In this document: positions 1-14,144 of the stretch, piece after piece
How positions within the stretch are numbered: position 1 is the stretch's first letter
Layout of the letters: every line of letters begins with the position of its first letter
Source of the DNA: Paramecium tetraurelia
Taxonomy: Eukaryota
Length of the DNA stretch: 64,000 nucleotides
Assembly: GCA_000165425.1 (NCBI GenBank)
Contig: CT867991.1
Coordinates: 186,001 to 250,000 of the forward strand
Reading direction: 5' to 3'
Made by a program: the position numbers and the translations under genes
The notes under the pieces: generated by a model
The model's input: only the letters and a program-made list of their open reading frames with translations
What the model was told of the DNA's origin: nothing
Databases searched by the model: none

Positions 1-79
1 CATGCTTTGAAATCGAGGTGTTCAATTTTAGACTCCGACTTTCGCTTTGACTCTCTATAAATACTGTATTAGAGTTCAT
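1..79 (-). CDS. 5' end of a hypothetical protein running off the window edge
   Basis: ATG at 79 after an AT-rich leader; reads MNSNTVFIESQSESRSLKLNTSISKH to the edge. Confidence 0.4.
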   Translation of the reverse strand, partial: MNSNTVFIESQSESRSLKLNTSISKH

Positions 80-879
80 TAATATATAAAATATATTTTA
101 AAAAACTCAAACAACATCTTACGCCTCCACTATTCCCCACAAATTTCGGTTTTTCCAACTAACTCCAAGACCTAACATGCAGTCCCTTATCAACTATTTC
201 ACATTTGTATCTTGCTCTTAACGCTTTTTCTCAAACTTATTGTTAGCTTTCCCCTTCTTGTTTTAGTCGTACTTACGATCCTACGAACTTACTATGATTT
301 TAATAAGTAATCCTACTCTCCTAATAGTGATTTTATCAATAATTTTCTTAATTGATTTATACTTTATAGTTGATGTATTTTATGACAAATGTAATTCGCA
401 AAGAGAACAAACAATCAAACAACATTAATCAATTCAACCTTACTGGTTTGATTAAAACCTCAATTCCATTGTCCAACCTTGATTGAATATCTTCATTTAT
501 TCAATCTACTTGCTGCTAATTTACAATGGAGTATGAATACCTACACTTTTTTCGTTTTTTTTGATTTATTTAGTAGTAATATAAATTTATACTTATGTTA
601 TGTTTAAGAATGGTCAATATTTGGTTTTTTTTGTTTCGCATTATATCAGTCTGGCTGATTAAAATAGTTCTAAATATCAACTTGCCGCTGGGTTTCTACT
701 GAGATATTCTATTTGGAAGGCTCGTATATTTATAAAAAATTAATTAATTTATATTGGAACATTTTTCAATTGTTTTATTCTATTTTGTTATGCTTAAAAA
801 TATATTATATAATCACTAAATATTCAGGCACTTGATATCGAGGTAATAAATAATTATTATATTTTAATATAGCAAATTA

Positions 880-2002
880 TCAAATTATTTAGTTATTGTC
901 TGATTTCGATGAAAATAATCTACTAATTATCTTCGTTTAGGGAGTTCTTTGCAGAAAATTCTTTGGTTTCTATGAACCTCCAGTTGATTAAAAGGCAAAT
1001 TGCTATTTAGTACTTGCTTGAGGGGATTAGATTTACGGTAACTGATTGAATTGATCGGGCTTATCCATACCAATTATTTTGTATGCTTATTTCATTTGAT
1101 TTTGAGATTCAAGAGAGTCTCTTAGATGCTCTTAAGCAGTTCTTGATTTTCTTGCCACATCATCATTTGGTAGATTGAAACTAATAAATTCATTGACAGG
1201 AGTAATAGTCTATTTCGAGGAATTTGTTCTCAGAGCTGTTTCTTATTGGGATTATTGTCCAATGGAACCATACCCAATTAGTTGATTGTTGTATATTTTC
1301 TTTGTTTAATTAATTCGGGGTAAAAACGCAGTTGAATTAGACTTTTGCATTTATTCACTATTGTATTGAGATTGTCTGCTATCTAACAATGATTTTTGAT
1401 AGGATGGATATTCTGGTTAAATAAAATCTTCATTTTATTTGGTAGGTATGAGTTTTCGAACAGGTTATAAGTCAGCCATACTGATGTTGAATTCGTTGTC
1501 TGAAATTTTGAGAGGCTAGCCAAACTTGATATTGGCGTTTCTTTGGAAGCCAGGGGCCACAGAGTTATTCTGGAGTATATTAATTTATTCATTGTTTGTT
1601 TTGGGCTGGGGTGGCGAGAATGGTTTAACCGAAGGAACTTTATTTAATTTAGGAGGGGAGCTAATTAGAGATTATTTGATACCCAAACTTATGCATGACA
1701 GGAGTGATATGATTATTTTATGCAAACTATTTAGTAGATTTAGCCAGCGTGACTTTTTTCAAAGTTTGAGATGGTCTCTTTTCAATATTTATTTGAGGTT
1801 ACAAATTCTTTTTGCCTTCTGAACTAATCTTGAATGCCTATTCTTTAGGTGATTTGAAGGGCACTCTTTATATTTGTTTTTATTAAAATTTAATGGATTG
1901 TCCCAATGAGCTTAATTGTGGATTAAAAAATTAAGCTGTTTACTTCATTTCCTATTATAATCGACTATCATCAAATGAAGCTTAATCTTGGTGATTTATC
2001 AT
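880..2002 (-). CDS. Hypothetical low-complexity (Q/S/P/K-rich) protein
   Basis: Open frame in code 6 from MINHQDQASFDD; one 22-nt GTA..TAG intron (1661-1682) restores the frame; TGA at 880-882. Confidence 0.7.
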
Positions 2003-2213
2003 TTGTTTTAAATAATTATTTTATTTATTTTATCAATAACAATTATTCATGCAAGTCCTAAAAAGATATAAAAGATATATATCAAATACAATACCTCCCA
2101 CTGCAGGATCTAAAAATAGTGGGTCCTATGGATGACAATCCAAAATTTAAACACAATTTACTAAGAATATCTAAAGAGAAGAATGCATTTATTGATGAAA
2201 TATTAAAATTGTT

Positions 2214-3165
2214 TCATTCACGATTAGTCACAATCAAAGATATCGACGTTCCTTCTTTGAAATCGTCAGGCAATTCGACTACATAATATGATTTGCTAAA
2301 AGCCTTCAGAGTGCAGCCAGAACAATTTCTATTAATCAAAATAAGCCTTACGTAAATTGATAATGAATCTAATCGAAATAATATTTTCTTGATAAGAAGA
2401 TTTCTGTTTGTTATCCATAGCAATTATTGCTGGCTCTCCAATCCAATAACAAGAAATAAGAGTCATCATCCACTCTGTTTGAAGTTAGAACTGCTGGGAG
2501 TGCCACATATATTAGTCACATATGACCTACTAAAAGTCTATACTTTATTTGTTTGTAGTATTCCAAACTAAACATAGAAGGATTCTATTTGTCCAGGATG
2601 AGTTTATGTCGTGATGTCAGCATAATACTTAGATTCCCAATAAGCCCAATGAAAGTGAATCTGAATTCCATTAAGTCTAATAAGTAGTCTAATTCCTTTT
2701 TTCTTCTGGAGTATCAAGAATAGCTCCAAGCTCAGTCATGAATTTGCCAACTCCTAATATATTGGCCACACCGTCTTTGGTTGCAAAGTAGAATGAATCC
2801 ATGTAATTGCACACTTACTCATTCTATGGAAGGCTATAATCATCAACATCAAACAAATAAATGTATGCTTCTCTATCTCTGAATTCTTAACCTCCTGGAG
2901 TATCTTTAAATCCAGCACTTATCAGATCAGTAGCTCCAGGTTCAAAAAAGATAATTTTTTGATCATCAACTTTCTGATTAGTTTATGAGCTATTCTATAA
3001 AGAGGTAAAAGATTGTGATAATTACCATATTTGGGAACAAGAATTCTCTGATACTGTGGTAAATTGATCCTTGAATTGGTTCATTGATAATCCTGAGGTA
3101 CCATACCATAGGCAAAACGAAAATAACCAGAAAAAATGATCATAAATGAAAGTCTAATTTAAACA
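2214..3165 (-). pseudogene. Frameshifted, 5'-truncated glycoside hydrolase family 5 (endoglycoceramidase-like) pseudogene
   Basis: Motifs IINEP (3077-3085), KIIFFEP, FMTELGA (2725-2736), WAYWESKYYADITT, ESFY..G.LQTNKV and a C-terminal domain ending LIVTNRE-TGA lie in different frames; about 4 frameshifts; no N-terminal half. Confidence 0.75.
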
Positions 3166-3175
3166 TATTTTATAA

Positions 3176-4979
3176 TCATGATAAAAATTCATCAAGTACT
3201 TAACTCTATATTAAAAGCATATGCATCAATTCAAACTAATTTTTCTATCCATTTAGCAAATCATAAGGCCTGCTTTATTTTAGGCTTTATTGGTATCCAC
3301 TTTTGGAGGATACTGTTCTGTTTGCCATCATATTGGATAATTAACTCTATGATAGTTAATCTTGGCCAGAATCTTACAGAATATTATCAGAATAACTAGA
3401 TATGGCATTTAACTTAGCATTCAAAGTGTTTTAAGAAACAAATAACTCTTTCTATAATTCGGCTATCTCGTTACCTATGTTCTCTTGCGAAAGATTAACT
3501 ATTCTCTCAACGATATTTTTGTATTATTTTCCAAAAAACATGGTATCCCCTAATAATTATGCCTAAAATATAGTTATGAAGATGGATACAATGATCGATG
3601 ATTTTTCATTTAATTCGCTTTTCAATTATTTTATCTCTCTATCTTTAGTTTATTGAAGCTGATTGCATTGTTCTTGATAATAAGTGTAGGTTTCATTTTA
3701 GTATTTATCAAACTGTGTCTTAACTTAATCGTGGGCAGTCTAGTTGGGATAGAGATTCATAAGTTACTTTATATTTTTCCAGATTTTATTTGAGTTGGAT
3801 GCTTTCTAATTCAAAATCATGATATAGGTTTAAATATTGTTCTTTTTCTTCCAAACAAAGTTGGTTACTTGATTTTAAAAGGTCATATGATCGTTTTAAT
3901 TGTTCCAGCTATGATAGATTTATATAATAAATAAGGATACTTCATCAATTTTGGATTGTAATTAGGATTTGAAGGATTCATTTTAAGCATTTAGTTCTGA
4001 AATTGAAAGAATTTATTTTTTATTATTATTTTATAATTTCAAAATTTAGTCATTTAATGAGGTGATAAGTTTAGATTTCTATTCCAATTCATCAATTTAA
4101 TATTTAATAATCTTGGTTGATCCATGGTTTAATTAAGGATTGCTTTTGAATTGATTAGCGCTGAGATTGATTTCAGTAGCAAGTTTATTTTGGCATGCAG
4201 ACGAGTTATTATTTTTCTCTAGATTGCAACTATTGAATCTTTGATGATGAGACGATTTGCTTATAGTTTTGACAGAACTACTAGGTTGGGGTTTAAAGGA
4301 ATTTTGAATTTTGGTTAATTGATTATTAAGGTTATCTATTTGGGAAGTGATGTGTTATTTTGATTTGATTTCTTCGATGATCTCATAAACGATGGTGACT
4401 ATATCCTTGACCATGCTTTGAAATTACTGGGTCTGATCTGGTATTGATTCTTTTTTATTCTGATTGGATTGTTGGTTTAGTTCCAGGATTCAAAAGATAG
4501 ATCATGTATTTCAGTAGTATTAGATCGGTGCATCTATAAAAATCAAAGCAAGTTGTGGAGTTATCTAGACAAAAGAGTTTTATTTTGGTTAGTATTGTTG
4601 CAAAGGTGTTTTAATCTTGGTCTTTGGCATATCGAAGTTGTTTGAGCTATTTTTCAATTTGAGTCAGCGATTTAATAAGGGATTGCTAGATGGTCGAGGG
4701 AACAAGGGAGCATTTCTAAGGTTGGTTTTCAAGGGGAATTTCATTTTGAGTGAATGAGCCGTGCTTATCCATCTATCTGACAATACGATCGGTCCATTAT
4801 TCCACATCATATTGTTTGATTTGAAGGTAGGGGACTGGGGAGGATTTTTGGAGCAATTAGTTGATTTCTTTGGAGGCAATTGGCTTAATTGGGGAATGCG
4901 AGTGTTGGCTACCTTTCTTTTGGGTAGAATACAAATTTTGAAGTTTTTGAAGCAACTAATTGCTAGAAGCTGAGTTCAT
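3176..4979 (-). CDS. Hypothetical protein, low-complexity N-terminus and helical C-terminus
   Basis: MNSASSNQLLQKLQNLY... to ...QVLDEFLS-TGA in code 6 with short introns. Confidence 0.7.
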
Positions 4980-5043
4980 TATAATTAACAGATATTTATA
5001 CTTGGCTGAATGTAAAAATTCTTAAATTATTTAATAAATTAAA

Positions 5044-7305
5044 ATGAGAGTTCTCTTCTGTATAGCATTGCTTTTAGTTGTAAGTGGGGCAGTGGTAGTC
5101 ACATGCCCATCAAATGGATATGGTTGCGTTACATATGGAGCCAATATAGCTAAATAGACAACAAGGACAAATTCATTGTGCAGAAATGGTATTCTATATT
5201 ATGATCATAATAGGGTATTATTGGAACAACCAAGCATGCATGCCATGCAAAAACGCTGACGCAGTATTGGGTGGTTATTACACCTGTAGTGCTTATTATG
5301 AGGCAACCTCTTTGACATGTACTTCTGGTTATACATTAATAAATGGGTAATGCAGCAATATTTATTTTAAGTGTTTGTATTCCTATACCCTAACGGTTGT
5401 ACTACTTATGGTTTAAACTAAAACTAAGATGCTTATGTGTGCACAGCCTGCAACTCCGATTACACACTTAAAGGAGGTGTATGTATCAATAATAGATATT
5501 GTTCATCATGGGATGAAAATGCAGTTTGCACAACATGCTAGACTGGATACTTTTTAAATTGGGACTTGAAATTCACTCTAACAACCTCAGGCTCTAACAA
5601 TTAAACTGATTGGATCACAACCTGGTAAACATACTATAGATTCCCCGGAGAATCATTTTGCAGTGTCTGTTCTTAGACAATGGCCAATTGCAAGTCATGT
5701 AATTCAGCGTAATTAATTATATATATTATAGTTATACTTGTTCATAATGTAATGATGGTTATTATTGGTAATAATCAACAAGCAGTACCTAATTGACATC
5801 CTCCAATGCATAGTTTGCAGGTGCCTGTGTCAGTTGTCTCACAAGTGGATATTGTGCTACTTGTCAAGGCTCAAATTGTACTCAATGCAGAACTGGTTAT
5901 TTCCCAACTAAAGATACAACCAACACTATCATTTTATCTTGTAATGCATGCCCAACTGGATGTACATCATGTACTTCATCAACATAATGCATTGATTGCG
6001 TTACCTCATACTACAAATATAACAGATAACTTATGTTATCCTCTCAATAAGTGTGCTTCAATCAACACCTAATTAACAACATCTGGAGCAAATCCAAAGT
6101 GTTCTTCTTGTATTGCTGGATATGCCTTAGACCCAAGTGGTTCAGGTATTTGCTATTAATGTGGAAATTGTGATAGTTGCACAGTTCCATCTGGATAATA
6201 AACAGCTGGTTTATAAACATCATGTACTACTTGCTGGGACACGTATAATATTATCAATATACTCTAGATATTATGGTGTAAAGGATTCAAATGGTATAGT
6301 TACTTGTAAACCATGCACACAAGCATCAGATTCATTCTTGAGATGTCAAGGACCTGTTGAAAATTCATCACTTACTAGTGTTGTACCAACTCAATGCTAA
6401 GATGGATATTATTTGTATACTCTACCTGCCGTAGGTACTACAGCAGCTTAAACTATTTGTGTTCCATCTACTCAAAACTTACAATGTGTAACCATCGTAG
6501 CAACTAGTGCCACTCAATACACATGTGCAACATGTACCTCATAAAGTAAATTATATAACAACGCAAATTGTTTGGTTTGTAATCCAACCCTGACTTCCTC
6601 ATTACCTCAAGGATGTACAGCATGTTCTGGATCTCCAAGCAATTCAATAACTTGCAGTGCTTGTGCAGTTAACTATTTTTACTCGACTGGTACTACCACA
6701 ACATGTACTGCTTGTGATTAAAATTGTATTTAATGTGGATCAGGTCCAACTTGTACCAAGTGTGCAATAACCTACTATGTATCTGGTGCTGGATGCACAC
6801 AATGTGGAGTTGCTAATTGTGCCACTTGTACTGCTCAAAGTCCTAACACATGTTAAGTGTGTTTAGATGGATATTTCTTATCCAGCATCAACACAGGCAC
6901 AGGATCCACTTCTTATTGTTTGAAGTGTCCTGCTGAATGTGCAACTTGTTCTGCTCCAGGTTAAGTTTGTAATTCTTGTATCTCTGGATACGTACTCTCA
7001 AATGGAGGCTGTATTTCTTTAAGTTAGGCAAATTGTGCTGAAGGATATATTACTTCAACATTGAACAATGAATAGTACCCATCCACCCAAAAACGGATGT
7101 GCTATATGTAAATATGGATTCTACAACTTTGAAAAAAGATGTCTTCAATCTGTCCAACCATATGCAGGAGTACTATATATTAATTACTATTTCTTAGTCT
7201 GTTTATACCACAACGAATATCGGAATTGGCTCAAACCCAGGTACATCTTCTTACCAGACCATCATGTATTCAATATTCTTGGTCATCATGTTGCTTGGAT
7301 ATTGA
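5044..7305 (+). CDS. Cysteine-rich (CxxC/furin-like repeat) surface protein with signal peptide and GPI-anchor-like C-terminus
   Basis: Signal peptide MRVLFCIALLLVVSG; many CxxC..C..GYY repeats; hydrophobic tail SYQTIMYSIFLVIMLLGY-TGA; several 23-26 nt introns. Confidence 0.9.
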
Positions 7306-7320
7306 TTTATTAATATAATT

Positions 7321-10300
7321 ATGGAAGATCAATTAGAACTAACTTCTTAATGGAGTTTCTATGAGATGTGCACCAAAAAGAACAACAAGTTGCCGTGTCT
7401 TATACCATAGACCATCATCTTCGATAAACTCATGCCTAAGGTTTGGCTCTTCAATCCCAAGAACACTCAAGTGGTCATGAAAAAGAATTCAGACAAACTC
7501 TCCAACCTCGAAATTGCTAAGGCTTTACTTGGTATTAAATTCCCTAAGGACATCAAGATTGACACTCTGACTCAATTGGTTGAGCAAGCAAGGTAGTCTC
7601 CTCAATTCAGAGAGGTACTATTTTAATATTATCGAAGGAAACTCCAATAGCATTTTTGCAGATGAAAAGGAATGAGGGCATCCCTATGAATAGATAAGAG
7701 TTATTGCAATTCTTTGTTGAAGGCAAAGATCTCTCATCTTTGGCATACATGCAATAGTACATTGAAAATCAAAGTAGCTAGATTAATAGTTTGCAGATGA
7801 AGTCTACTACGTTGAGTACCATTATGATGTTGATTTCATTCCAATCACTTTCAAGTTTTTCAAGAAGACTCTCACAATCAAAAGAGCCAACAAAAGTACA
7901 ACTGCTAAATCCACCAATCCCTTCTAAACCCTCTTGATGCCAGTCCAAAGCAGTGGTTAAATTCCAGTCAGACAACAAGAAGTTTAGAAAGTGCAAACTA
8001 TGTTCAAATATTGCAATTCTACTCTGAATCAACGCTTCTAAGAAGTACCTATATCATTTACTAATTCCTAAAGGAGGCGAAAAAGGTAGCATTCTACATC
8101 GAAAAGGTCTTCAAAGTCAAAATACGCAAATTCACTCCCAAATTCATTGTTGATTAAAGAGAACAGATCTATTTTGCTGGTATCAAATAAATCTCAATCT
8201 AAATTTAAAAAGGAGGTACTTTTTAGTTCATATGCAGCACCTTATCAAAGAGGGTTGAGAGATGAAATTGCTAGTAATGGTTAATTTGATAATTTCATGA
8301 TGGCATGCAAGTAGTTTAGATTGGACAAGAATGCAAACAATGAATTCAAAAAGTATCCCAAATAGATTGTAGAAGAGGATAAGAAATTGAGTAAAACACT
8401 CTACAAGCATTTAATATTGGAAAGATGTCAAGGAGACTTTTGCAATTATAAATTAATAGAAAAAAACAAGTATTTCGATCAAATTTATTTAAAGAGGACC
8501 CTTGCAATTAAGGAAGGGACTATTGGAAACATACAAGAATGTGTTTAAAGAGTCCAAATAGACAGTCAGTAATATGAGTACCAATTTACCTTATGAAATC
8601 TCATTGTAATTAATAGTGCGTACACGTGATGATCATAAAGAAGTCATTGAACTTTTTAAAAAATTTAAAATTCATTTAGAAAATTACAATCCAGAAGAAC
8701 ATCCAGAAATTAAAGACGAATAATAACATCCATTTAGTAAGGAGAATTCAGATGTTCAAGCACTAATCAATCTATATAAATCAGTTAAAATTTGTAAGAA
8801 TTGTTTCATAATCTATTCTATGATTCAAAGACACTTTGAATCCTAACTCAAAAAAGATATTAAAAATGGAGTCTAATTTATCAATGAGAAGAAGACTCCC
8901 TCATTACAAATAGATGAAGAAGCAGAAAGACGTAGAAAGAGAGAAGAAAATATTCACAAAAGACAAGAGAAATTATTGATGAAACCAACTACATCTACTA
9001 AATCTTTCAGAATATTCAGAGCTCCAACACAAAAGAGGAATTTCCTGATTACTTCCATACCTGAAAGCAGAGTTTCTAAAACTGCATCACCTGAAAAGTT
9101 TAGAGATATTTGCAAGTAAATTGAAATCAATAGATTGACTTTGGGTTATTTGAATTATTAGAAATTGGAGCAATTCCAAAAGCCAAGTCAGATGGAACAA
9201 TCTCAAGAGTTTAGAAATGAATCATATAATTTGATAAACCTCCTTTCAGAACAAAAAGCACCCAATGTTAGAAGAATTGATACAAATCAGTAGGAGAATA
9301 AGGAATTGCAAGGGAGAGCAGAAGAGATAAAGAAAATGCTAGTTAAGACTTCCAAGAAGGAGTAGGAATGTAGAGCAATACAGAAGGAATACTATATTGA
9401 GAAGACATAGGAAGGAGCTTAATAGATCTTGCTTTCGACTTCATCCCATTACTATTATCATGTTAATTTTGATATCGTAAGGAAGTTGTATCAATTCTAA
9501 TTAAGTACTCCGATGTAAGCATTATCCTATGATTTGAAATATGACCAATTAAGGCCATTACAAATTGAGGAGGTCTGTGAGATGATGAATTACCCATCTC
9601 CTTGTTTTGATATCACATAATTGGAGTATTTGGTAGTTGATTCCCAGACTGCTGTACCATATGCTTTATTCGAGAGCAACATAACAAAAAAGAAGGAGAA
9701 GAGTTCCCAATCAGGAATAGATTTGATAATCATACTCCATGACATGTTCGAATCCTTTTTTGAGTATTCATATCAATCATATCTTAGATATTATCCGATC
9801 ATTGTGGATTTGATCAATGACGCCTAAAATAAGAAGGTACTGCTCTTAAACACTCCCGGATAAGCCTACACTTTATTCAACAAGAAACAAGCATACACAA
9901 ATATCTACATAGCAGGCATCCTAGACTAAATACTATATGAATTATCCATCAAGGGGAAAATCGACTTGCAAACGGATACTCTAAAGATTTTGGGAGTAGG
10001 ATCTGGAGGGTTTCATGCATAAGCTTTCAGTAAGAAGTTATTAGAGTCTATTTAGTTGTACAATGCCAAAATACGATTCAATTTAGTTAGATTGCCTTTA
10101 TAAATTCTTATACGTCAATTTATCCTCAATTGAGAAGCTTCTTTACTCAATCAATAAAAATCTTTGAATCTTAACCTTATGATATGCCAGAACTTGCTTT
10201 TGAATACACTAATACCATCATGAATACTCAGCCAATTTCTGAAGATCTACTTTCTTGTGTTTTGCAACAGAATCCAATAAATCAATTGGGCAGGCAGATT

Positions 10301-10604
10301 ATTTTAGAGGGTAGATGACATTCTAATTTTAGGTTTGTTGTAAAGTCCTTCATTTATGGAGAGATTCCAAAAACTGATCCTAAGTGTGTAGGTATACCAT
10401 TCCTTAAAGAATTGTTTGGTCAATATATCTGAGGCTGACTTATTGCAAACATTCCTGTAGGATGAGACACTGGATGTGAATAATGTGGCATTATCGAAGA
10501 AGATACAAATGAATAAACGCACAGTCCAATACATTGAGGGTGGCCACTCTGTATTGTATGAAAATAAGGATTAATTGGTGTAAATTTTAAATAGATTAGC
10601 GTGA
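7321..10604 (+). CDS. Large protein of unknown N-terminal domain with C-terminal alpha/beta-hydrolase-fold domain
   Basis: MEDQLELTSQWSFYEMC start; C-terminal IIILHDMFES, VLLLNTPGQ, ILGVGSGG, YIEGGHS motifs; TGA at 10602-10604. Confidence 0.8.
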
Positions 10605-10626
10605 CTTATATAAATAATTTATTCAA

Positions 10627-11974
10627 ATGTATAAATTCCTAATACTATTGTAAACACTATTGTGGATTAGTGAAACAAAAAAGATTCAGAAGAGTTTTCG
10701 TATCAGATAGCTGTCTGATTGGGAATACCTGACTAAATTTGGGGCTGAAGTTGGAGATGTCACTTATCATATCAAATTCAAACTTGTTGGATTGGAGTCT
10801 GAGGAAATGAGAGAAAGAAAATTCCCCATTTAATTTGAGCTGTATTTAGATGAGGAGTGGCCAGAAGCATTGGAGAAGCAAGAATGCGAGGTAAGTTTAT
10901 TCTTAATTAATTAGAGAGCATCCTCGGCCAGAAGAAAAGAGACTATCCAAGTGCCTGGAAATGGGGAATTTTCTTAAGTGTACACAGGGAATATTAAAGC
11001 CAAAGTAAGAGCTCATATGTGGTATTATGCCATATCTGATTGTCATCGAAGATTAAGGGATGAATTCAAAGAAGATTAGTATAAACGACTTAAATTAGAA
11101 GTGGATATTCACATAAAGAATGCTGGTAAGACTGAATTTTCAGTTGAACAGTTTGGAATTTAATATTTCATGATTGTGGTAGTTTTGGTTGACATTGTGA
11201 TGTTGGTTTATAATGGCTATTACATTGTCTAAAGACACGAAAAGTATGAGGAATTCAGTTTAGCACTGTTTCTGTTGGTCGTCACTCTTTTCCTTGAAAC
11301 AATCTCCTACGGTGTGAATCTATTGCACTTGTGGTTTTACAGTAATGATGGACAGGGAGTGTTTTTCCTTCATGTGGCTTCAGTTATTGTTTAGGTAAAT
11401 CTTTATTATAAATGCAGGTTGCATCTCAATTCTCTTTAACAATGATATTAGTGATGTTGTCTTGGGGTTGGCAAATCAGTTTCACTAAGTTCGAAAATTT
11501 CGAAATTTTCTTGCCCTTATCACTATTAATAGCATTCTTTTAATTGACTATCGTAGGGGTTGGTTTTATTGATTATGATGCTTACTACAAGGATCACTCT
11601 TATGAAGGATGGGTTGGCTGGTTGGCATCCTTTATATTTATTGGAGAATTCATCTACTTTATGAATGGATTGTCTAATACATATAAAAAGAGTAATGGAG
11701 CCGTTTAATAATTTATATTGATGCTTGGAGTCTATGGAGGAATTTATTTCATCAGTTTCCCAGTTCTCCAGACAGTCAATTTGGTATTATTATTAAAATA
11801 ACAGTATAGGTTGTGGCCAGATATCTTAGACACAAAGTAATGGAAATAGGTACAATATCTTTGAGGACTGCTGCTATTCTACTTCTGACTCATTTGTTTA
11901 CATCTAAAAAGTCCCTATTTGCTAAAATATCGTATGATAGCAAAAGTTTCTTGGATAGAAACAAGGATGAGTGA
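10627..11974 (+). CDS. GPR180/TMEM145-family 7TM membrane protein
   Basis: Signal peptide, WEYLTKFG, RAHMWYYAISDC, EFSVEQFG, HLWFYSNDGQG, LSWGW motifs and multiple TM helices. Confidence 0.85.
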
Positions 11975-12007
11975 ATGTTTGTGTTAATTATTATTCATAT
12001 ATAAAAA

Positions 12008-13578
12008 TCAAAAATACTTCTTGTATAGCCATCCAGCTATTCCACAAGTAGCCAGTAATACCCCTGCTATCTTTAGATTTTTGTAAGGGTCAGCTTTTAC
12101 AGATTCTTCTGTTGTTTCAAATTAAACTTTTGATTTACTTAATTATTATGATTTCCTGTTTATGATGATAGTAGAATCTTAGATTATTGACTATTATTAA
12201 ACTAGTGAAGGTATTTCATCGCTATCATTCAACTCAGTATCCTTTTCTTTAATATCCTCATCTACTTGCTATTATTCATAAATGCTTTGAAATTCTTCTT
12301 TCAAAGTCATTACACCCATTCTATTGAAACTCTAATCTGAGGATTCGGATGCAAAAGAATACTTATTTTTCTAATGTTTCTTTCTGCCACTATAATTTTC
12401 CCAATTCTTCTCTGAATTCTTACTACTTATGATTGGCACTGCTGATTTATAATACCATGGCTATTTATGGGATCTCTGTTCAGGACGTTTATCATCCTCA
12501 TCTGAAGAGGAATGTTTCACCTCATCTTCTTCATTAAATTCAGAGAAAGCCCTGAGATCATCCTCCTGTGACGAGAGCTGTCTCCTTTTGATCTATTTCT
12601 CTCCCAAATTCTGGTGTGTTTTAAATCTGAATCCTCCTGATGTCAATACAGGATCAACTTTTTCTACTTCCTGCTATCTAGGTGAATTCAAACTGGGATC
12701 TATCATATTAATTTATGCTAATTCTTGTCTGATGGTGATTATTTATTAAATACTTTCAGCCACCTGTTAATCAATATTTTGTTCTTACATTTCTAAATTT
12801 TTGTACAACTCATTGAGGTGCTCAAAATGAATTTAATTATGTTATACATGTATCTTCCAATTATGAATAATTACTAATAAAATTCTCAAGTTTATTTTTC
12901 CTGTTTTAACTTACTGTTCCACTTTATTTTAACTGTCTCAAGTCATTAATTATTTTTAATTATTTGTTTATTCGATAATTTAGATTCATCCCATGTTGTT
13001 GCATCTCATTCAAGGTAGATATATTGTTATCATAAGTAGAATGAGCCTAGAAATCTAATATTCATCCATTTTACTTTAGAATAGCGACATTTTAATTAAT
13101 CGTTTTGCTATCTCAGAGATTCAGCAATCTTCGTAAACTCACGATTCTCTTCTTATAACAGTGCACATTTCTCCTTACACATCTATATTCCATCATTCAG
13201 ATCTTCAAATTAATGTTAAATTGATTCTTTTTTATTAAGACTCTCTATAAGCTTTTCTATCTTCGACAACTCTTATTCTCTTTAATCTAGTTTCAAAAGC
13301 AATTACTCCCTTTGCTCTTTGAGTCGATCCAAATTTGCAATCTTTGACTGCTATTATGACTCTTTCTACATGATTTCTTGACTTGATATTAACACTTGTG
13401 AACTAATTAAAGTCTTCTGATTTTCATTTTATTAAAACCTACTAGAGTAAATTTTAATAAACTATTTCAACATCTCATCAAATGATTGGTTTGAATTATG
13501 TATCTATCCATGCTTATTATTATATATTGTTAGTAATTAAACTAATTCATGCTACTAGCTTAAACTTAGGTGATTCAT
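12008..13578 (-). CDS. Coiled-coil protein with C-terminal tail anchor
   Basis: Q/E/K-rich heptads; ends KIAGVLLATCGIAGWLYKKYF-TGA. Confidence 0.75.
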
Positions 13579-14144
13579 TTATTAATTATTTTATTATTCA
13601 ATTATACAGAAAATCTCAATAATTAATACTCATTCGTAATTAGTTTATGATTATTATTCTAATTTCAAATTATAACTATTCTTCAAAAAGTAATTATTGA
13701 ATCAAATCTACTAATTTCTTTCAGTAGATTAAAAATGTTAAGTATTTGCAATAATTTTAATTAATACTTTAATAATTGAATCTAAACTCTATTATAAATC
13801 ATTATCATTGTCAAACTATGATAGTGATTCTAGAGTTGTAAAGACTTTCACCTACATTAATGAATTTTCCTTTAATGATCCACCTCATTTGACTAAGAAT
13901 ATGATATTCAAATTAAAGAAATTGGTTATCAGATTCATTTTACCATTAATTTTCACAAAATCAAAGAACAATATTTACCTTTTTTCTTATATCTGCATTT
14001 TCTATATTTTCTAATTGACATAAGTTATTTCAAACGTATTCTATATAGACATCATCATAGTATTTATAAAGGATATTTGTAATAATATTATTATAACATA
14101 TTGATACCTTAGCAATTAACTTTACATATATATATTATAATAGA

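Noticed and set aside
2049..2601. Long plus-strand TGA-free frame (YQIQYLPLQDLKIVGPMDD...)
   Set aside because: Mostly antisense to the GH5 pseudogene, has no convincing start, and long frames arise easily when only TGA is a stop.
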